Shown: one piece after another, positions 4,932-13,033 of the stretch | Numbering within the stretch: the stretch's first letter is position 1 | Layout of the letters: each line of letters begins with the position of its first letter | Assembly (NCBI GenBank): GCA_040905465.1 | Contig: JBBDRK010000015.1 | Span: forward strand, 40,592-53,980 | Reading direction: 5' to 3' | DNA from: Trueperaceae bacterium | GTDB taxonomy: Bacteria > Deinococcota > Deinococci > Deinococcales > Trueperaceae | DNA: 13,389 bases | Notes under the pieces: model-generated | Told to the model about the DNA's origin: nothing | Database searches by the model: none | Seen by the model: the letters and a program-made list of their open reading frames with translations, nothing else | Program-made: the position numbers and the translations under genes

Positions 4932-7566
4932 CAAGCGCCTCGGAGCCGTTCTCCTCGAACGGGGCTATGTGAGCGATGAATCCCTGCAACAGGCGATCGG
5001 CCGGCACGCGGAGGTGGGCGGTCGCCTGGCCGAGATTCTGGTGAACATCGGGGTCATCTCCGAGCAGCGTATCGCCAGGGCGATCGAGGAGTCGATCGGT
5101 ATACCGCTGGTGGTTCTCCCTCGCGTCGACGTGATGCCCGAGGCGATCGAGAAGGTTGCGTCCGAACTGGCGTACGAGGTCGGAGCGGTACCGTTCCGGC
5201 TGGACGGCAACCGGCTGCGCGTGGCCTTCGAGGACCCGCTCGACGCCCTGGCGATCGAGGAGATCGAGGACGCCTCCGGCTGCATCGTCGAACCGTATCA
5301 GGCTCTCCACAAGGAGTTGCACTGGGCGATGGCCACCTTCTATCCGGATCTCGGTCTGGAACCGCCGACCGACCTCGATGTCGACAGCGGCCAGCGCCTG
5401 GGGACCCTTGCCATGGAGCGCGGCATGGTGGCCGAGCAGCAGTTGAAAGACGCCATCACCGAGGAACAGCGCACCGGCGGCCTGCTCGCCCGAATTCTCA
5501 TCGACCAGGGAGTTCTGACCGAACTGGATGTGGCCAAACTGCAGGCCGAACAGCTCGACATTCCCTTCGTCGAAAAGCTCGACACGGAACCGATCGACGA
5601 GAACCTCGCAACGCATCTGTTGCGTCTCGACGCGTTGCAGTACAATGCCGTTCCCTATCGGGATGACGGTGAGAAGTTGCTGATCGCGATCACCGATCCT
5701 CGCCGGATGGCCGACATAGTGGCGATCGTCCGTCGCGAGGTGGCGTTCGTGTCGGCACCGGAGAGCGCCGTCGTACAACGCATCGAGGCGATGTACGCCG
5801 ACAACAAGGGCCGACTGGGCGAAACGCTGCTTCGCGACCGGAAGCTCAAGCGCGATCAGCTGCGCCGGGCGCTGGAGGAGCAGAACAAGCTCGGCAAGGT
5901 CAAGCCGCTGGGCGAGATCCTGGTGGACCTCGGCTACGTGAAACCGGACGATGTCGAGGACGCACTCAGCAAGCAGCGTTCGGGCGGCGGCCGGCTCGAG
6001 GACACGCTGGTGCAGTCGGGCAAGATCAGTCCGGAGATGCTGGCCCGCTCCCTGGCGATGCAGCTCGGCTACGAGTTCATCGAAGAGAGCGCCGTGAGCG
6101 TCGATCCTTATGTAGTGACGATGGTTCCCGAGGCGACGGTGCGGCGCTACAACGCGATGCCCATCCGACTGGACGGCAACACTCTCGTCGTTGCGATGAA
6201 GGACCCACGCCACGTGTTCGCGCTCGACGACATCCGGCTCATAACCGGCAAGGAGATCCAGCCGGCGGTCGCCACCGAGGATGCGCTCGGCAGGCTGGTC
6301 AACCGCTTCTACCGTAACGGCGAGAACATGGACGAACTCGCCCGGGCGGTTCTCGAAGAGGTCGGCCACCAGGACGACGATCGGGAAGAGATCAGCGCGA
6401 TCGACGACAACGCGCTGGTAAAGATAGTCAACAGCATCATTCGCGAAGCGGTCATCAGCGACATTTCAGACATCCATATCGAGCCGCGTCCGGACAAGGT
6501 GATAGTACGGGTTCGCAAGGACGGCTCGCTGCGCGAATACATGACCATGCCCAAGGGCACGGCGCCGGCGCTGGCAGCGCGTATCAAGATCATGGGCGGG
6601 CTCAATATCGCCGAGCGGCGAATGCCGCAGGACGGACGCGTCCGTTTCAAGGACAAGAGCATCGAAGTCGATCTCCGCCTGTCTACCCTGCCTACCGTCT
6701 ACGGCGAAAAGGCCGTCATGCGAATCCTCAAGAAGGCTTCGAGCATTCCCGATATCGAGAATCTCGGCTTCGGAGCGCACAACTTCCAGCGCTTCGAGGA
6801 CGTAATCAAGAAGCCTTACGGGATGTTCCTGATCACCGGGCCTACCGGTTCGGGCAAGTCTTTCACCACCTTCTCCGTCCTCAAGCGACTCGCAACGCCC
6901 GAGGTGAACGTCTCGACTGTCGAGGATCCGGTGGAGTACGAGATTCCCGGGATAAACCAGACTCAGGTGAATCCGAAGGCGGGTCTCGACTTCGCCAAGG
7001 CGCTCCGGTCGTTTCTGCGGCAGGATCCTGACATCATCATGGTCGGTGAGATCCGCGACCAGGAGACCGCCAAGATCTCGGTGGAAGCCGCACTCACCGG
7101 CCACCTCCTGATCGCCACCCTTCACACCAACGATGCCTCGGGCGCCGTCACTCGACTGATCGAGATGGGAATCGAGCCGTTCAACGTTTCAGCCTCACTG
7201 GTCGGGGTGCTGGCGCAGCGGCTGGTACGCATCGTGTGCAGCAACTGCAAGGTGGAGTACACGCCTGAGCCCGAAGTGCTTCGGCGCATCGGCATCAGTG
7301 AATCCGAACTCGAGGGCAAGTCGCTCTACCGCGGAGTCGGCTGCGACAAATGCGGCGGTAGCGGCTACAACGGCCGGCACGGCATACACGAACTGCTGGT
7401 GGTGGACGAGCCGATCGAGACGGCGATCGTCCAGGAGAAGTCGTCGCTCGAGATCAGGCAGATCGCCACCGAGTTCGGCATGAAGTCTTTGCGCCAGGAT
7501 GGCGTCCTGAAAGCATTCGACGGGATCACCACTCTCGAGGAAGTGTTGGCCAGGACCTCCGACTGA
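4909..7566 (+). CDS. pilB: Type IV pilus assembly / DNA-uptake ATPase PilB (Thermus PilF type) with three N-terminal GSPII/MshEN modules, 885 aa
   Basis: SDIHIEP, IAERRMPQDGR, Walker A GPTGSGKS, TVEDPVE, LRQDPDIIMVGEIRD, TGHLLIATLHTND and Zn motif CSNC..CDKC. Repeated RLGxxLxxxG motifs occur N-terminally. GGGAGGT precedes ATG 4909. Confidence 0.95.
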   Translation: MAVLSIGDKRLGAVLLERGYVSDESLQQAIGRHAEVGGRLAEILVNIGVISEQRIARAIEESIGIPLVVLPRVDVMPEAIEKVASELAYEVGAVPFRLDGNRLRVAFEDPLDALAIEEIEDASGCIVEPYQALHKELHWAMATFYPDLGLEPPTDLDVDSGQRLGTLAMERGMVAEQQLKDAITEEQRTGGLLARILIDQGVLTELDVAKLQAEQLDIPFVEKLDTEPIDENLATHLLRLDALQYNAVPYRDDGEKLLIAITDPRRMADIVAIVRREVAFVSAPESAVVQRIEAMYADNKGRLGETLLRDRKLKRDQLRRALEEQNKLGKVKPLGEILVDLGYVKPDDVEDALSKQRSGGGRLEDTLVQSGKISPEMLARSLAMQLGYEFIEESAVSVDPYVVTMVPEATVRRYNAMPIRLDGNTLVVAMKDPRHVFALDDIRLITGKEIQPAVATEDALGRLVNRFYRNGENMDELARAVLEEVGHQDDDREEISAIDDNALVKIVNSIIREAVISDISDIHIEPRPDKVIVRVRKDGSLREYMTMPKGTAPALAARIKIMGGLNIAERRMPQDGRVRFKDKSIEVDLRLSTLPTVYGEKAVMRILKKASSIPDIENLGFGAHNFQRFEDVIKKPYGMFLITGPTGSGKSFTTFSVLKRLATPEVNVSTVEDPVEYEIPGINQTQVNPKAGLDFAKALRSFLRQDPDIIMVGEIRDQETAKISVEAALTGHLLIATLHTNDASGAVTRLIEMGIEPFNVSASLVGVLAQRLVRIVCSNCKVEYTPEPEVLRRIGISESELEGKSLYRGVGCDKCGGSGYNGRHGIHELLVVDEPIETAIVQEKSSLEIRQIATEFGMKSLRQDGVLKAFDGITTLEEVLARTSD

Positions 7567-7583
7567 GGAGCTAGGAGCAAGCT

Positions 7584-8822
7584 ATGAGTGACGCGATGAA
7601 GCAAACCCAATTACAGGCCGACATTGTCGACCTGCTCAAGATGGCCGTCGAGCGCCGGGCGTCCGACCTGATCCTCACCGTCGGCCTCCCGCCGATGCTG
7701 CGGGTGGACGGCGAGTGGCGCCCTTCGGAGTACGAACCGCTGACTGCCAACATTACCCGCAAGCTGATGTACTCGATGATGGACGAGAAGAAGCAGCGCA
7801 ACTTCGAGGAGCGCAAGGACCTGGATTTTTCGTTCAGCCTCTCCGGTTCGGGACGCTTCCGCGTAAATGCCTTCCTGCAGAGGGGCTCGGTTGCCGGCGT
7901 GATGCGCACCATCTCCGAGGATGTCTTGCCGTTCGAGAAACTCGGCCTGCCGCAGGCGGTGGCCGACATCGCCAAGATCCCCCGGGGGCTGGTGCTGGTT
8001 ACAGGACCCACCGGATCCGGCAAGTCCAGCACCTTGGCCACGCTCATCGACATGATCAACTCGGAGTTCCACAAGCACATCGTCACGATCGAGGATCCGG
8101 TCGAGTTCTTCCATCACCACAAGAACTCCATCGTCAATCAGCGGGAGATCGGCGAGGACACGATCGGTTTCGACAAGGCATTGCGCAGCGTGCTGCGCCA
8201 GGCGCCGGACGTCATCCTGGTCGGCGAGATGCGCGATCACGAGACGATCGGCGCAGCGGTGACCGCGGCGGAAACCGGCCACCTGGTGATGGGAACGCTG
8301 CACACCAACTCGGCGCCCGAGGCGGTCGACCGCATCATCGACGTCTTCCCCGAGGCACAACAGGAGCAGGTGCGGGTGCAGTTGGCGAACAACCTTCAGG
8401 CCATCCTCACCCAGCAGCTGGTGCCCCGTGCGGGCGGCGGGCGGGTCCTGGCCTATGAGTTCATGCTGGCCACGCCCGCGGTGCGCAATCTTATCCGTGA
8501 AGGCAAGACCCACCAGGTCCTCTCGCAGATCCAGATGGGCGGTCAGGTGGGGATGCTCACGATGGACGCCTGCTTGGCCGAGCTCCACCTGAAGCGGGTC
8601 ATAACTTTCGAGGTGGGTATTTCGCGTTCGATCGACCAGAAGGAGTTCCAGCGGCTGGTTGAAACGGGCGGCAGCGCGGGCAAGACGGGGGCCGGATCGG
8701 GTGGTGCCGGCGGCGGAAACGCCGGTCCCGGTCGTCCCGGGTCGGCTCCCGGCGCTCCCGCCGACGGCGTCGGCAGGCCGAGCGCGCCCGCGCCGACAGG
8801 CCGGACCGGGCGCGGCAGCTGA
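7584..8822 (+). CDS. pilT: Type IV pilus retraction ATPase PilT
   Basis: ASDLIL, RFRVNAF, GLVLVTGPTGSGKS, TIEDPVEF, LRQAPDVILVGEMRD, AETGHLVMGTLHT and the PilT signature AVRNLIRE. AGGAG RBS. Gly/Pro-rich tail of about 50 aa. Confidence 0.95.
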   Translation: MSDAMKQTQLQADIVDLLKMAVERRASDLILTVGLPPMLRVDGEWRPSEYEPLTANITRKLMYSMMDEKKQRNFEERKDLDFSFSLSGSGRFRVNAFLQRGSVAGVMRTISEDVLPFEKLGLPQAVADIAKIPRGLVLVTGPTGSGKSSTLATLIDMINSEFHKHIVTIEDPVEFFHHHKNSIVNQREIGEDTIGFDKALRSVLRQAPDVILVGEMRDHETIGAAVTAAETGHLVMGTLHTNSAPEAVDRIIDVFPEAQQEQVRVQLANNLQAILTQQLVPRAGGGRVLAYEFMLATPAVRNLIREGKTHQVLSQIQMGGQVGMLTMDACLAELHLKRVITFEVGISRSIDQKEFQRLVETGGSAGKTGAGSGGAGGGNAGPGRPGSAPGAPADGVGRPSAPAPTGRTGRGS

Positions 8823-9047
8823 GCGACGGTCACCGAATGGGCGACAAGGCACGCTCCGGGAGGTACAGGTGAGACTTAGTCAGGTCGGCAGGAGGGTTAT
8901 TCTCTTGGAGCAAGCGAGATACCTGCTGGCGCAGTGTCTGCCGGAAAGTAACTTGCGGGCAGGGACCGGGCCTCAGGGGTATCGCTCGACCGCCTGTCTC
9001 CGGTAGGCTGAGCATCATTCGAACCGGGTAGTCTCGCGTACCTTGGC

Positions 9048-10775
9048 GTGACGAGGGGACAGCAGTTGTCAGCGGATCACTTGGGACAGTTGGATAGCTT
9101 CACCATACCGGCACCGGCCCGATCGGACTTGTACTTTCGGACTCTGCTGGACAATCTGCCTGCCGGAGCCTACACCTGCGATGACCAGGGCTTGATCACC
9201 TACTACAACGAGCGGGCCGTCGAGGTCTGGGGCCGCGCACCCGCCCTGAACAATCCGATCGACCGATTCTGCGGCTCCTTCAAGCTCTTTGCGGCCGACG
9301 GCTCGCCCCTGCAACACGAGCAGTGTTGGATGGGGCTGGCGATCCTTCAGCAAAAGGCGTTCACTGGCGAGGAGATTATCGTCGAGCAGCCCAACGGGCG
9401 GCGCCTGACGGTTCTCGCCCACGCCAGTCCGATCCACGATGAATCCGGGCAGCTCATCGGGGCGGTGAACGTTCTCGTCGACATCACAGAGCGAAAACGG
9501 GCCGAGCTCGAATTGCGGGAAAAGAACGCCCTGCTGGCTTCGATCCACAAGGCCAGCATCAGCGTGTCCTCGGAGTTGGACCTGCAGAAGCTGGTACAGG
9601 TGATCACCGACATCGGCGTCGAGGTCACGAAAGCCCAGTTCGGCGCATTCTTCTACAACGAGGTGGGAGACGAAGGCGAGATCTATACCCTCTTTACCCT
9701 CTCCGGCACCGATAAAGACGCGTTCAGCAAGTTCCCGATGCCGCGCAACACCCACGTCTTCGGCCCGACCTTCCGCGGCGAGGGCGTCGTCCGCAGCGCC
9801 GACATAACCGGGGACCCGCGCTACGGCAAGAATCCTCCTTACCGCGGCATGCCCGATGGGCATCTACCGGTGCGCAGCTACCTGGCGGTACCGGTAGTTT
9901 CACGCTCCGACGAGGTGCTGGGCGGACTCTTCTTCGGTCATCACGAGGTTGGCGTTTTCGACGATCAGGCCGAGCGGTTGATCACCGGTATCGCCAGTCA
10001 GGCTGCAGTTGCGATCGACAACGCCAGACTGTACGAGCAGGCGCTGAGCCTGAACCACAGCCTGGACGAGAAGGTGAAGAGCCGGACCGCCGAACTCCAG
10101 ATTCTGAACAACGAGCTGGAAGCGTTCAACTACTCCGTTTCCCATGACCTGCGATCGCCATTGCGTGCAATGAGCGGATTCAGCACGACCCTTCTTTCCG
10201 ATTACGGCGACCAGCTCGACGAAGAGGCGCGCTACTACCTGCAGCGAATCAACCTGGGCACACTGCGGATGTCGGACCTCATCGACAGCCTCCTGCAGCT
10301 GTCCCGGCTGACGAGGGCCAAGGTTCTCCGGGTCGAGCTCGAGCTGGCCCCACTCGTCGATGGCATTGTCAGGGACCTGCGCGAACGCGAGCCGGAGCGG
10401 CGGATTTCTGTCGAAGTCGACGACGGCCTCACGATCAGTGGGGACCAGACGCTCCTGCGCATAGCACTGGAAAACCTGCTCGGCAATGCCTGGAAGTTCA
10501 CCCGAAACCGCGACTCGGCGCTCATAGCAGTGGGCGCCGAGGAGCGCGATGGCGAAACCGTCTATTTCGTCAAGGATGACGGTGTGGGCTTCGACATGAA
10601 GTACATCGACAAGCTCTTCAAGGCGTTCCAGCGACTTCACCGGGTGGATGAGTTCGAAGGCATCGGCATCGGCCTGGCGACCGTCCAGCGTGTGATCAAC
10701 AGGCACGGTGGCAGGATCTGGGCAGAGAGCGAACCGGAGCAGGGAGCGAGCTTCTACTTCACTCTGAACGGTTAG
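9048..10775 (+). CDS. Cytoplasmic PAS-GAF sensor histidine kinase (Cph1-like HisKA/HATPase module)
   Basis: PAS/PAC ending VLVDITERK, GAF (..VRSYLAVPV..IASQAAVAIDNARLY), H-box SVSHDLRSPL, N-box ENLLGNAWKFT, G1 DDGVGFD, F-box LFKAFQRLH and G2 GIGIGLA. No TM helix. Start uncertain: in-frame TTG 9066 has GAGGGG 7 nt upstream. Confidence 0.93.
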   Translation: MTRGQQLSADHLGQLDSFTIPAPARSDLYFRTLLDNLPAGAYTCDDQGLITYYNERAVEVWGRAPALNNPIDRFCGSFKLFAADGSPLQHEQCWMGLAILQQKAFTGEEIIVEQPNGRRLTVLAHASPIHDESGQLIGAVNVLVDITERKRAELELREKNALLASIHKASISVSSELDLQKLVQVITDIGVEVTKAQFGAFFYNEVGDEGEIYTLFTLSGTDKDAFSKFPMPRNTHVFGPTFRGEGVVRSADITGDPRYGKNPPYRGMPDGHLPVRSYLAVPVVSRSDEVLGGLFFGHHEVGVFDDQAERLITGIASQAAVAIDNARLYEQALSLNHSLDEKVKSRTAELQILNNELEAFNYSVSHDLRSPLRAMSGFSTTLLSDYGDQLDEEARYYLQRINLGTLRMSDLIDSLLQLSRLTRAKVLRVELELAPLVDGIVRDLREREPERRISVEVDDGLTISGDQTLLRIALENLLGNAWKFTRNRDSALIAVGAEERDGETVYFVKDDGVGFDMKYIDKLFKAFQRLHRVDEFEGIGIGLATVQRVINRHGGRIWAESEPEQGASFYFTLNG

Positions 10776-10780
10776 TAAGG

Positions 10781-10817
10781 GGTGCTTCGGCGGTAGGCGG
10801 ACTAACCGAGAAGCATC
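10781..10817 (+). terminator. Imperfect stem-loop right after the kinase stop; possible terminator or 3' stabiliser
   Basis: GGTGCTTC(10781-88) pairs with GAAGCATC(10810-17), with inner CGGT/ACCG. No U-tract. Confidence 0.4.
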
Positions 10818-11178
10818 GGCTCGGTCAGCCACTGACGCCGGGCCGGTACTCGATCCAGCCGCCGTTTTCCAGCGACCTACCCGTTAGGGCCTCGATAACG
10901 CCGCCATGGCATACGACACCCACGGCTTTCGTTCGGTCCGACGCGTAACATTCAAGAACTGTTTTGGCGCGGCTGGCGACCCATGAACGGGGCTCCCAAC
11001 AACGCGACTCGCCCGCCGGCCACTCGCCATCAGAAGCAGGTCGTCACAGGAAATTCTAATCGTACAGCGTCTGAACGCTGTTACAGCAACTCAGCCAATT
11101 GCGGACACAGTCGGATAGCAAGCCCTTCGCCGAGGTCTCCCTCGAGTCGTCGGACAGCTCAGATTACGACGCGCAGAT

Positions 11179-12207
11179 TCAATGGGAAATCATTCGCTCC
11201 AGTTCCCGGCGGGCTTCTCTCAGGTAGTCCCCTTTATCGTCCTTGCCTGTCAGGTCATCGCGATGGCCTCCCCAGAGCGTTGATAGAGCCAGAGTCTCGC
11301 CGATATCCCAAAGTTTCCACGCCTTCATGAAAGCCGGAATTGCTTCCGTCTCGGCTGCCTCGAGCACACGCAGACTTTCATATCCCTCGAGAAATGCACG
11401 CTGGATTTCGGACGCAGAAGACGGAGTAACGGTCTGAGCAATGCTTCGGATGAAGGTCGCCAGGTCATACGCTCGCCACCCGTATCCACACTGGTCAAAG
11501 TCCAAAATGTGATAGCCGTCCTTCGGATCGAAGAAAATATTTCCGACGTGGAGATCAGCGTGAATGAGGCCAAAGGCCGGGGGTTCCCTGCCGAGTCGTG
11601 CGATCTGACCGCGCAAGTGCTCAGCCGTCTAACCGAAGAACGCAAGGTCGGGCTGGCCCTCGGCCTTCAGACGCTCTTCGAACAACCTCAACGGTTCGTC
11701 GACAAGGTAAAAGAGATCGAAGTCGTAACGGTGATATGAACTTCGGAAGTCGTCCGCCTGATCATGTAAGGCGGCGACGAATGCTCCCAGACGCCGGACC
11801 TCATTGCGGTTAAAAACGGGGTGCCAAGCCGCATGAGGCTCGCCAGTCACGAAGTGGAACAGTGCGGCGTAACGGGGCCTTTCGGAAGTACGGATAGTCC
11901 CCAGAAGGTCCCCGTCGTTACGCTGGACAGGAGAAACGACGGGGACACCCCGCCTCTCGAGAAATCTCAAGAGGTCGAGTTCGAATCGATATGTGTCTGC
12001 CGTGCGGGGGTAGTATTCGTTCTCCCGGTAAAGCCTGAGTACGCACTGTGAATCCCGTTGCCGCATGAGGTAGTTGTCGTTGGCACCCCGTGCTAGGAAC
12101 TCCAGTTCGATGGGTTCGGCGAACTCGTAGGAGTCAGCTAGGGACGATACGATTGCTCGAGAAAGCGAGGAGTCCATCCCGCATGTTGACATCCCGCACG
12201 TTGACAT
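11179..12207 (-). pseudogene. APH/homoserine-kinase-type-II-like phosphotransferase interrupted by one in-frame TAG (11631..11629)
   Basis: ORFs 11629..12207 and 11179..11616 share a frame: ...LAFFG*TAEHLRGQ... The N-half has NDNY, VLRLYR, FELDLL and ALFHFVTG. The C-half has catalytic LIHADLHVGN and ILDFDQCG..YDLA. Confidence 0.85.
12175..12207 (-). repeat. 15-bp tandem duplication at the phosphotransferase start (MSTCG-MSTCG-M)
   Basis: Minus strand ATGTCAACGTGCGGG ATGTCAACATGCGGG ATG, one mismatch between copies. Confidence 0.85.
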
Positions 12208-12430
12208 GGCGGAATCAGAACGGCTGAGGCACCGCGACAGGCCGATTTATTCCGCGCTTCGATCGATCCGCCCCTGTGTTCGCTGGTTAATCTATAAAGC
12301 GTGCTAGGTTGCTTATCTTTGCGCAGGTGTGGGCGGTGTTCGTCAACACAGCCGTCTCTGTTCGGCCAGCTCTGGACGAACGATCGTCAGATGTAAGGAC
12401 TACTCTAGGCCGATAGACCGGGAGGAACCG

Positions 12431-12892
12431 ATGGAAAAGGGGATGTGGCAGCACTTGTTCGTCACCGGCGAGTACCTGCCGCCGAAGCAGATTCTTGCCG
12501 GACTCACGCTGGAGCAGGTCAACCGGAACGTTTCGGAGAGTTCGCACTCGGTCTACGGCGAACTGTGGCACGCAACTGGCTGGCAGGACATCGTCGTTCG
12601 ACGCGACGAGGAGCGCTACCGGGATTGGCAGCTCGGCGACCTGTATCCGGCGCACGACTGTCCGAACCTCGAGGCATGGCACACGCTGGCCGACAGGTTT
12701 CTGGTCGGCCTCGACGAGGCACTCGAGTGGACGTCCTTGCCGGCCAAGCTGAAACTCGAGGTCGATCCCGGTGTCACCATGGAGGACACGCTTCTCAGTC
12801 TTGCCGTGCACAACGCCTATCACCTCGGCAAGATCGTGGCTATCAGACAGGCGATGGGGGTCTGGCCGCCGCCGGGGTCCGAGCAACACTGA
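12431..12892 (+). CDS. DinB/YfiT-superfamily (DinB_2-like) putative metal-dependent thiol transferase, 153 aa
   Basis: HSVYGELWH (first His) and C-terminal HNAYHLGKIVAIRQAMGVW (HxxxH). GGAGG at 12421-12425 supports ATG 12431 over the ORF-track start 12329. Confidence 0.85.
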   Translation: MEKGMWQHLFVTGEYLPPKQILAGLTLEQVNRNVSESSHSVYGELWHATGWQDIVVRRDEERYRDWQLGDLYPAHDCPNLEAWHTLADRFLVGLDEALEWTSLPAKLKLEVDPGVTMEDTLLSLAVHNAYHLGKIVAIRQAMGVWPPPGSEQH

Positions 12893-12998
12893 GAAGGCGC
12901 GCTCCGCGGCTGGCCGCTCGGGTTTGGGCATCGCTTAAGGGGAGATGGGGGACCCAGGGTGTGTTCGCACGCTTATTGCCCCGGCCTGACTCGCCGTA

Positions 12999-13012
12999 CG
13001 AACATGTGCTCG
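12999..13012. promoter_or_regulatory. SOS(Cheo)-box-like palindrome CGAAC-ATGT-GCTCG upstream of the helicase
   Basis: One mismatch to CGAAC-N4-GTTCG. It ends 6 nt before the extended -10 TGgCATGAT (13019-13027). Confidence 0.45.
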
Positions 13013-13033
13013 GGCCGGTGGCATGATAGGTGC

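Noticed and set aside
4837-6369. 510-aa antisense ORF inside pilB
   Set aside because: Shadow ORF typical of high-GC codon bias, with no recognisable motifs.
7611-8852. 413-aa antisense ORF inside pilT (also 9069..9863 and 9900..10832 inside the kinase)
   Set aside because: Antisense shadows of strongly supported genes.
9048-10775. Bacteriophytochrome or LOV photoreceptor call
   Set aside because: No PASDIP motif, PHY domain or GxNCRFLQ motif; only the kinase module is Cph1-like.
10932-10948. TTCGGTCCGACGCGTAA, loosely like the Deinococcus RDRM (DdrO) palindrome
   Set aside because: Imperfect match located between convergent genes with no supported downstream gene.
10983-11330. 115-aa plus-strand ORF
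   Set aside because: Ser/Arg/Pro-rich, no RBS or motif, and overlaps the phosphotransferase 3' end.
11629-11631. Pyrrolysine or genome-wide TAG recoding
   Set aside because: TAG ends the histidine kinase at its expected C-terminus, the position is non-catalytic and no pyl genes are in view.
12431-12892. Gene symbol dinB (DNA polymerase IV)
   Set aside because: This is the small four-helix DinB/YfiT fold, unrelated to Pol IV, and orthology to B. subtilis dinB is unproven.
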